Below, piece by piece: positions 54,993-64,000 of a stretch of DNA of 64,000 nt (the first letter of the stretch is position 1; each line of letters opens with the position of its first letter). The stretch lies in assembly GCF_036321535.1 (NCBI RefSeq), contig NC_087437.1, forward strand, positions 84,012,001 to 84,076,000, read 5' to 3'. The notes beneath the pieces were generated by a model. The model saw only the letters and a program-made list of their open reading frames with translations, was not told where the DNA came from and searched no databases. Source of the DNA: Camelus dromedarius. Its lineage: Eukaryota. The position numbers and the translations under genes were made by a program.

Positions 54993-57900
54993 CTAGAATA
55001 AAGTTCAAACTCAGTTTAGTGTTTAAATTCCTTCACAGTTGAGCTCACATTGATTTCTCTAAATTTATGTTCCACTGCTTTAGAAATTTTAAATTTGTTA
55101 GCACTCCCCACATACACCATACTATGTTTTCACAGCTTTACTGAGATGTAATTGGCATGCAAAAAACTGCACATAAAGTGTACAATGTGATAAGTTCTGA
55201 CATATGTATACAACTGTGAAAACTTGGCTACAAGCAAGACAGTGAACGTATCCATCAACCCAAAAGTTTCCTTGTGCTTCTTTATTTTCACTTTTATATT
55301 TAAAATATGTTTCCTACTGGTAGTATATACCAGGATCTTGCTATTTTCTTTTAAATCCAATTTGGTAACCTCTGCCTTTTAATTGACATGTTTAGACTAT
55401 GTATATTTCATGCAATTATTGATATGGTTAGCTTTAAGTCAGTCTAGCTATTTGTTTTCCATTTGTCTCCTCTGTTCTTCGTTCCAGTTTCTCTTTGTCT
55501 GACTTCTTTAAGAATAACTACATGTTTTTTATGATCTCATTTTATCTCCCTTGTTTTTTTATTTGCTTATTTAGCAAAACTCAGGTAAATACTCATGGAG
55601 AACCTCTGCACATTGCTAGAGTTCTCTTTCAGAGAAGCACTCTCCTCTTTCATACTGTCTTATGAAACCTAGCTTTCTTGGTTTACATCCATTCTCAGGT
55701 CTGCCTTGTTATTCCATGTAGAGAGTGTACTGGGTTCTGTCAGGGTCCTTCCTCCTGGAACCATGGTCTTGAAATTCTCAAGACACTAAGCTGGAACAAC
55801 TGTAGGGCTCTCCTCTTTATTTACCATCTTTCAGAGATTACTGTCCTATATTATCTGATTTTTATGCCTTAAAAATGACTTTTTTTCATACATTTTGCAT
55901 GTGTTTTCTTTGTTTATTTTAGGCAGCAGATGTTACTACATCTTGGTTACAAGTAAAAAATCAGACTTTAGTCATCTTGAATTCTCATTTTTCTAACTGT
56001 CTTCATATTTAACTTCCTTTTATAATGTCCTCCTCCTATCTACTACACTTATTTTCTCAAAGATATACTTTAAAAACTTATTTCAAAGTATAATGCAGTA
56101 CTTCTACCATCTACCAGAATGCCTAAGGTGAAAAAGGACTCACAATACTAAGTGTTGGTGAGGTTATGGGGCAATGTCAGCTCTCATACACTGCTGCAGG
56201 AGTTTAAAATGATATTACTACCACTTTCTATAAGTGAACATACACGTATCTTCTGACATAACAATTTCACTCCTTGGTATATATCCAACAGAACAGCACA
56301 AAGTAAACGCAGCTTCTCTCCCTACAAGCAGTCAGACCAAGTTCCATTGCTAAGTTATCATTTCATTTGATTTTCACTTTCTGCAATTTGGTTGACATGT
56401 TGACCTTTCTCAAGTGATGTATTTTCTCCTCCTTTGATTTGCCCTTGTTAATGTAAACATTCTATAGTCCCTTACTCATTTTTATGAAGTGTCCAGAGGA
56501 TACAGAGAAAAATTAATATGCTCAATCAACCATGTTTAACAGAAAAGTTTACACTTTAATAATTTTCTAATCATATAATTGGAGTCTATCACAAGTCTAT
56601 TAATAATGAATTGTGGACTGTGCTTCAAAATATTCAATCTAATTTTCCTTTTCCTTTCCTATAAAGTCCTCAAGATGATAATGTATATAAAAGTGTCCTG
56701 TTATGAATTCTAATTTCTTACTTCTTCCAAAGGAATATTTAAAGTGGACTTTCTCTTAAATAAGCAAATAGAAGAAAAAAAAAGACATCAGACCTACGTA
56801 CACAAATATACTGTAGGTTATATGACTTTCGAAAGAATCAGAGGGAGGGACTCTGGAAAATATGGAATAATCATACCACATCCTTTTTCTCCTGCTTATC
56901 TGTCAACTCTGGGCACAATCCCCCAGCAGACTTGAGGACACTGAAAAGTAGAAGCAGGTGCATTGGAGAAGACCAAAATTTGAAGTATTACCAAGCTGGT
57001 GATGAATTTACCATCCTTCTCTCTCTCTCCCCCTTCCCGCTTCCTCCAGTACTTGGGCTGGAGCCTGGACTGAATGGACTGGAAACCTGGAAGTGACCAC
57101 CAGGTCACAGTCAGAGCTCCAGCTCACCTTGGCTCTGGAAGTGGGAGGTGGAATTCCTAATACTCAGGAGACAATGTGGAAATCCCTTCCGCCTTTGTTT
57201 CTAACTCTCTCTCTCTTTCTTTCCTGTTCTCTCATGCCTAGCCCTCAAGTAATCATGTGGTAGAGTGGTGGTGATGGCCAGTAATGGGAACCCACAGGAG
57301 CCAAAATTCTCAAGAAGAAAAATCTTCCTTTTCCTTCACTGAAGCTGTGGTTCTGAGAGGGTGGAATCAATGTCCGCCTTTCTTTTTCTCTCTGTCCTTT
57401 TTTCAATGGTCCCTGGAAGATTCAGTTGCAGAAATGCACAACAGAGTGGAATAATGAAGCCCCAGCCAGCTTTCTAGACAAAGGACTTTAAGAGGAGTCA
57501 CAGGAATTGGGAAGGTGCTGGGAAAAACATGGAGAGACAGGGGCCTAGGAAAGCAATCCAATACACTTGCTTATGAAAATCTGGGCTTACTCCCAAACTG
57601 CACATATGTGGAACTGATTCTATTTAACATACCAAAGACTTTGAGAACTGAACCGAAAGACTGCTATCCAGGTCTCCAACTAGCAGTGAGGTTTTAAACC
57701 TTTGGTTAGGAAGAAAGAGGAAACCAATCTAGAAATACATATACTGGGTTTTTTGTTTTTGTTTTTGTTTTTGTTTTTTTACTATGTAACACAAAAACTT
57801 ATAAAACAAACAGGGATATATACTCTCAAACCCAGGTAAGTTGCCCTTTACAAACATTAAGTGGATACATTAGATCTTAGTTTTATCTTCCACCATCTTT

Positions 57901-58747
57901 TCTCATTACAGATTAATAATTTATATGCTAAAGAGGTTTTTTTTAAAGTGCTCTTATTCAAGAGATGGACAAGTGTCAAAAACAGGGCATAACTTGGAAT
58001 ATAACATCAGAAATACTTTAGTAGCCTGAGGCTGGTGTCATTTAAAGTTAAAATTCTAAAGCTGTTTCTAGATTCAGAGGAAGGTAAGTGTTTTTATTCC
58101 AGAAGTTAAAGTATGGAGACTAAAGGTTTATATTAGCAGTCTTTAGGATTTCACACCATTTTTATTTTAATTGCCAGTTTGAATGCAATCTGGTAATAAT
58201 AATGGCATAACATAAAAAGCTAACTATAATTTTTTCTAAAAATACAGATTATGTTTTAAGTGTTCCAACATCTATCTTCTCACACTATTTTTATTTAATT
58301 TGTTGTCCCTAGGTATATTTTAGTCAATGAAACTTAAGCCTAAATTAATACTACTTCCCTCCTTCCTATTTAGCACTGCTTTTACAAAGCGTGCTTGTTG
58401 AATCTATCATCACATTTTCAGTTAGTCTGAAATGAGATGCTATTTAACTTTTTATCCCCTCATCAGAGATTCTTATTCCTATTAGCTATGTTTTTAGACA
58501 TCAGACATTTCCAATTTTTCCTTTCAATATTCCTTTTTTGCATACTCCTTAAACCAGAGTAAATTTACTTTTCTGAATAAGTAAAACCATCATCAAAAAG
58601 AAAACCAGCTGCGATTCACTGTAAGATATATTACTAATAATAACTACAGCAACACTGTTTATAATATGTGTAAAGCGATCAGAAGGGTGCCTAGCATTTT
58701 ATAATAGGGATGAGGAAACTGAAGTTAAGGAATACTAAGTAACTTGC

Positions 58748-59288
58748 TGTGACAGATTATGTTTTCCAAAAATGGTCTCAACAGTATCTCCCACCCTACA
58801 CAGGCTTCTGACAACCTTTCATGGATACTCTTTTCCATAAAGAGTTCAGGTGTATGTTCCCTTCTCTTAATCTGGGTGTGTTTGCTTATATGGTGAGTTT
58901 CTAGGCTACGACATAAGGTGACAGAGCTTCTACCTGTTTCTTCTGGGATGGTTAGTTTTACAAGCTAGCCATCATGCCAAGAGGAAGGTCAAGCAGCCAT
59001 CAAGAGGCCCACGTGGAGAACTTAGGCCTTTGGTGCACAGCTGTGGCTGAGCTCCCGGCTGACAGCCAGCACCGCCCTGCCAGCCAGGTGAGTGAGCTAC
59101 CTGGGATGTAGATCCTCCAGGTCCCAGTGAAGCTGCCCCAGCTAATGCAGCATGAAACAGAGATAGTTGCCCTTGCTTAAATCTTGCCCAAATTTATAAG
59201 TAAAATAAATGCTTGTTGTTGTTTTAAGCCACTAAGTCTTTTTTTTGGGGGGGAGCATTTTCTTATGCAACGTTGGGTACCTGGAACA
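58748..59288 (+). mobile_element. Complete MaLR solo LTR (MLT1G/H-like) nested in a MIR
   Basis: TG...CA termini; perfect 5-bp TSD cttgc at 58743-58747 and 59289-59293; MIR halves gatgaggaaactgaag..gtaacttgc and cttgctcaaggtca on either side. Confidence 0.88.
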
Positions 59289-60309
59289 CTTGCTCAAGGT
59301 CATATGGTAGATGAGCCAAAAATTAAGACCTAGCTCCATTCCAATCCATAATCTGAGTTCTCATCACAGAGTATGTTCATTACTCACTGTATTTGGAACA
59401 GCATACCTCTTTGTTATCTAGAGCAGTGAAGGATTCAACCACAACTTTGAAAGGAAAATGGGTGACAGTGTTTGGATTATAAATAACTGTTATAACAAAA
59501 AATACTCTTTTGTGGGATTTAATTGACAGATGTAGTTTTGAATAATGGCTTTATGTTCTCTTATAGACACTTTCCTTTTTTGGAAGAAGCAAAACATAAC
59601 TTTATTCAGACAATTAGGAATAAAAATGTATTTCACAACTTTTATTTCATAAAAAATGTGTTATGTACATATACCCCTCATTTTATAGAAAAAGCAAACA
59701 AGATATTTTATCTTTCAATGTAGAACTGAAGAACAGACTCATCATAAATGGCTTGTATGCATGATTTCAACATTTTGACCAAATTCACTCATCACTGCTC
59801 AAAGTCTCATGTACTCTGACACCTCAGTAAAGTTTGACAACCATATCTTCTGCTGGCTTAGCAACAAATTTATAATCCATTCTTCAATCTGACAATTGTG
59901 AATATCCTGCTGTCATGTATCTGTGGCATTTCTGTAGCTAAACAGTGCAAAAAACTAATGCAAAAAATTACTGAACTACATACACTATAAAAATTTTACT
60001 AGCAATAACATACATTTCCTTTTTATAGAGTTACTAAACATACCAATAACTGTTAATAACAATCAATTTAATGTATGCTAAAAATTGGTGTTTTACAAAC
60101 ATCATTATATTTAAGTATTACAAAACTAAGTGATGTAAATATTAATATTTTCATTGCAAAAATGAGGAGACAGAGGCTCTAACAGTTGCTCAAGGTCACA
60201 GATGACAGTAATTGAAGCCAAGTTTCTCTGATTCTGTAGCCCAAACTTTATTTGAAATAATACTCATAATTATATAAATGTATATTTATGTAAACAAACA
60301 TGCACATAC

Positions 60310-62085
60310 AGGTGATTTGTCTCAAAGTATTTTCTTATTTCTTTCTTTTTCATTGACCATTGGTTTTTTAATGGCAAACTGTTTAGCCCTCAAGTATTTG
60401 TGTTTTTTCCTATTTTAATTCCAGTAATTGATTTCTAGTTTCACATCTTTGTGGTCTGAAAAGATGCCTGATATAATTTCGATACTTTAAAATTTGTTGA
60501 GACTTGTGTTGTAGCCTAGTACATGTTCTGTTTTGGAAAATGTTTCATGTGCACTTGAAACAAATGTTTATTTTGCTAACTTTGGATGTAATGTTCTGTA
60601 GGTATCTATTAAGTTCATTTAATGTGTCAGTTAAGGCCACTGTTTTTTTTAATGATTTTCTGCCTGGCTGATCAATCCATTGAGGTAAGTAGGGTGTTAA
60701 AGTCCCTTACTATTATTGTATTACTGTCAATTTCTCCCTCCACGTCTGTTAATATTTGCTTTACACATTTAGGTGCTCCTGTGTTAGGTATACATGTTTA
60801 TGAATATGATATTCTCCTCTTATATTGACCCTTTTGTCATTACATAATCTTCTTTGTCTTTTATTAGAAATTTTTTTACAAAGTTTATCTTTATAAAGTA
60901 TTTTTTTCTATTTTAGTTATTGTATGTCTTGCTGTGGTTTTCTTTGGGTTCATCTTGTTTGGAACTCTGTACTTCTTGTACCTGGTTATCTGTTTCATTC
61001 TTCAAGTTAGGAAAGTATTCAGCCATATTTTCATAAAATACATTTCGATCATTCTCTCTCACTCTTCTCCTTCTGGGACCCCTATAATGTGAATGTTACT
61101 AGGCTTGATGTTGTTTCAGAGGTCCCTTAAACTATACTTATTAATTTTTTTTTCTTTTAGTTGTTGTGAGTGGGTGATTTCTACTATTCTATCTTCCAGA
61201 TTGCTTATGCATTCTTCTGTGTCACCCAATTCGCTGTTAATGCTTTCTGGTGTACTCTTCATTTCAGTTATTGTATTCATCAGCTCTCACTGGTTATTTT
61301 TTATATTTTCTAGCCCTTTGTTGAAGTTTTTACTGACTTCATCTAGTCTTTTCCAGAGTTCTGTTAGCATTTTTATTATTATTGCTTTGAATTCTTCATC
61401 AAGTAAATTGTTTATCTCTGTTCAATTAGGGTTTTGTTTAGGGGGTGGTTATCTTGTTCTTTCATTTGAAATATATTCCTCTGTGTTCTCAATTTGTTTC
61501 CTTTCTCTATGAATTTAGATGAAAGAGTCACCTATCCCTTTCTCTATGAATTTAGATGAAACAGTCTTGAAGGTGTGTCGTTGTGTGGGAGTACCTGAAT
61601 GCAATCTGCCCAGTGGCTTTGGTGGAACAACTAGATTTGAAGTTAGCACAGGTTGTATCTTCTCCCAGAATATGTTGGCAGCCACTGCCAGGGTGAGAAG
61701 TAGGGCTGGAGTCAAGAGTGGCTGAAGCCAGAGCCAGGTGTGCTAGCCAGGGCTTCTCCTAGGCTCAATGAGGGTTGTTGCCATATCAGTGGTGGGGTCA
61801 TGTGCCTGAGGAACTGGAGCAGGCACCCTGAGGAATTTGGGCTTCTCCCCTATGTGATGGCAGTATCCACCTGGGCTGGGGCGGGGGGTGTAGTCGGGGT
61901 CTGAGGGCTTGCACCTGCATCTCTGAACTGGCTCTGCTCTGTTGGTGACTTAGTGTTTTGGCTTGCTGTGCACTGGGCAAAATGAACCTGGTTTGGTAAC
62001 AATTACTCTACAAATACTTGTAGTTTTGATGTGTTCTTAGGGGGAGGTGAGCTCAGGTTATTCGGACTCTGCCTTCTTGATCCCT
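60310..62085 (-). mobile_element. Old L1 5' portion (GC-rich 5'-UTR, ORF1, ORF2 endonuclease region; internally deleted)
   Basis: Antisense ORF2-EN motifs at 60310-60860 (aatttgttgagacttg, aagtcccttactattattgt), ORF1-type T-rich sequence at 60900-61500, and GC-rich UTR to ~62085. Confidence 0.75.
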
Positions 62086-62197
62086 GCCTCTATTCCTGTA
62101 ATGTTTGTATGCTGAATAACAACTAATGGTGTTACTAAACAGCAGTTTATTTACCACCTTTCTATTAATATTTTAAAATAGCTTATCAAAACCTTGG

Positions 62198-62409
62198 GAC
62201 AGACTGGGATTTCAAAATTGTAGAATAGATAAACAAGATTACACTGTATAGCACAGGGAAATATACACAAAATGTTATGATAACTCACAGAGAAAAAAAT
62301 GTGACAATGAGTGTGTATATGTCCATGAATGACTGAAAAATTGTGCTGAACACTGGAATTTGACACAACATTGTAAAATGATTATAAATCAATAAAAAAT
62401 GTTAAAAAA
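62198..62409 (+). mobile_element. Young L1 3'-UTR fragment with A-tail and TSD
   Basis: TSD aaaaccttgg at 62188-62197 and 62410-62419; high identity to 23850-24060. Confidence 0.9.
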
Positions 62410-64000
62410 AAAACCTTGGTTTACATTTCACTGAAATATTCTGCACATACTGAACTGAAGTAAACTGGTGCATCATCTTCACTAGTACAAGCAGAGTACC
62501 CATCTTGATCCAGCATGGTTGGATCGCAAGGGCAAACTCAAGGGTGAAATGCTGTATGCAGCAGCAACAGCAGACACTCAAGATTCACAACTTCCAATGC
62601 ACTGCTTACAACAGCTCTGTATGATGTGTGATCAGCAGAAACTAGAATGTGCATGTTTTACAGATGTGATGGGTCTGATCCGAATATGGTCTTTTGATTT
62701 GGCTCATATCTAGTTCCACATATGTAGAGCCATTCCATATATTAATGCTGTTGGCCTGAGCCTGAATTTCCCAATGACTGTTTTACACCCAGGAAGATCA
62801 TCTGTAAGCTGGTGTTTGGATAATCCAATTTTCACGACAAGCAGGAATTCTTCTCTAAAATCAGTTATAGAATCTCATGAACCTGTAATAAGTATTTCTG
62901 TTGGAAAATCAGGGACCACAGAAGCAGTTTTCTATTATTGAGCTATAAATCCCATTAACCAAAAGTGTATATATACAATTTTGTATAAGAGTTTTGTATA
63001 AATCTTTCCATGTTAATCTTTGGTATATATATGTGTAAATATTTTAAACACAGTGTAGCAATTCTTAGCAGACCTTCCTTTATGCAGTTACAAACTCTCA
63101 ATCTATTTTATATATTTGCATATCAGATTTCTTTAAATTGAGACAAACTCTATAGATACTGTGGTCAAATAAGCTATTAAACCAAAATGACTACATTATC
63201 AACATACACTAATTTGTTTGTCTCTCCTCTTTGTCTCAAATGCATATTGCACAGGCCTCCACTATAACAGGTATTTGTTTTGCAGTGGTTTGATTCCATG
63301 ACCATTTCAACAGTGTGTGAGCACTTGTGAGAAGAATATACCTTTCTGTTAAAATTCTCATCCTCTAATACAGTGCTTAGTACACAGTAGGTGCTCAGTA
63401 AATACCTGTTAAATAAGTAATTAAAAAAATTAGTGGTCTTTGATATTCTTTGACTTATAAAACCAAAATTTTTCTGGTCAGTAAGTATTACTAAGTTATA
63501 AGTTTTCTAATACAGCTCCTTTAAAGGGGCAGGAATACTTGCAAAAGACACTTGGAATTAATATGATACTTCACTACAGCTGTTACCAAAGAAACATCAT
63601 ATTGAAGCACTATTAAGAAAATTAATCCTAAATTTTAATACATACTTTTATTTTGAAGCCTGCAATTTTAGAACTTTGGCTCAAATTGCCATATTGATAA
63701 ATATATTCAGCTGTCATGTTTGACTGCATATTTTAATTTGAATGCATATGTAATATTCCTTTTTTACACTTTTACAAACTGGAGAACATAAAAATAACAG
63801 TGCTATTGCAAAAATCATCTAGCTGATACTGCATTTCCAAGTACAATCACCTCTGATTGTTCTCAAGTGGAACAACTTTGGTAACTGTACAATTGACTGC
63901 AGTTACAATTCACTCAGCATATAATAGAGAAGTCAGGGGTACAGGTTGTATAAGACCCAGTCCCTGAAAAGGTAATGAGTATAGAGCTCAAGTTATATGA

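Larger units (their letters stand above)
50034..64000 (-). other. EPHA6: EPHA6 intron preceding the Cys-rich exon (begins beyond window)
   Basis: Acceptor ttttacAG at 50041-50034. No ligand-binding-domain exon recognised in 50034-64000. Confidence 0.8.

Noticed and set aside
61093..61512. 139-aa hydrophobic Ser/Phe/Leu-rich ORF
   Set aside because: Antisense reading of A-rich L1 ORF1-region sequence.
1..64000. CRISPR array, operon or novel multi-gene system
   Set aside because: Mammalian intronic DNA with no repeat-spacer array, no long intact ORFs and no intact transposase or reverse transcriptase.

Overview
AT-rich mammalian genomic DNA lying entirely within the ephrin type-A receptor gene EPHA6, transcribed on the minus strand. 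Two coding exons are present, both with canonical AG/GT ends and joining in frame: a 156-nt cysteine-rich/EGF-like exon (50033-49878) and a 336-nt first fibronectin type-III exon (35368-35033). The rest is intron filled with L1, L2, MIR, ERVL/MaLR solo LTRs, hAT DNA-transposon relics and microsatellites. A tRNA-Ala-derived SINE and a recurring young L1 3'-UTR suggest a camelid genome (inference). I found no evidence of a novel multi-gene system, and apart from the FN3 exon the ORF track is noise or repeat debris. The most notable observations are: a tailless 5'-half tRNA-Lys(CTT) retrocopy with a perfect 17-bp target-site duplication; a plausible intron read-through/intronic-polyA route to a secreted EPHA6 ectodomain; a fold-back templated-insertion scar inside an old L1; twin-primed and nested retro-insertions; and candidate homeodomain/POU enhancer blocks. 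Repeat family names come from recalled consensus sequences, not from a database search, and most repeat boundaries are approximate.
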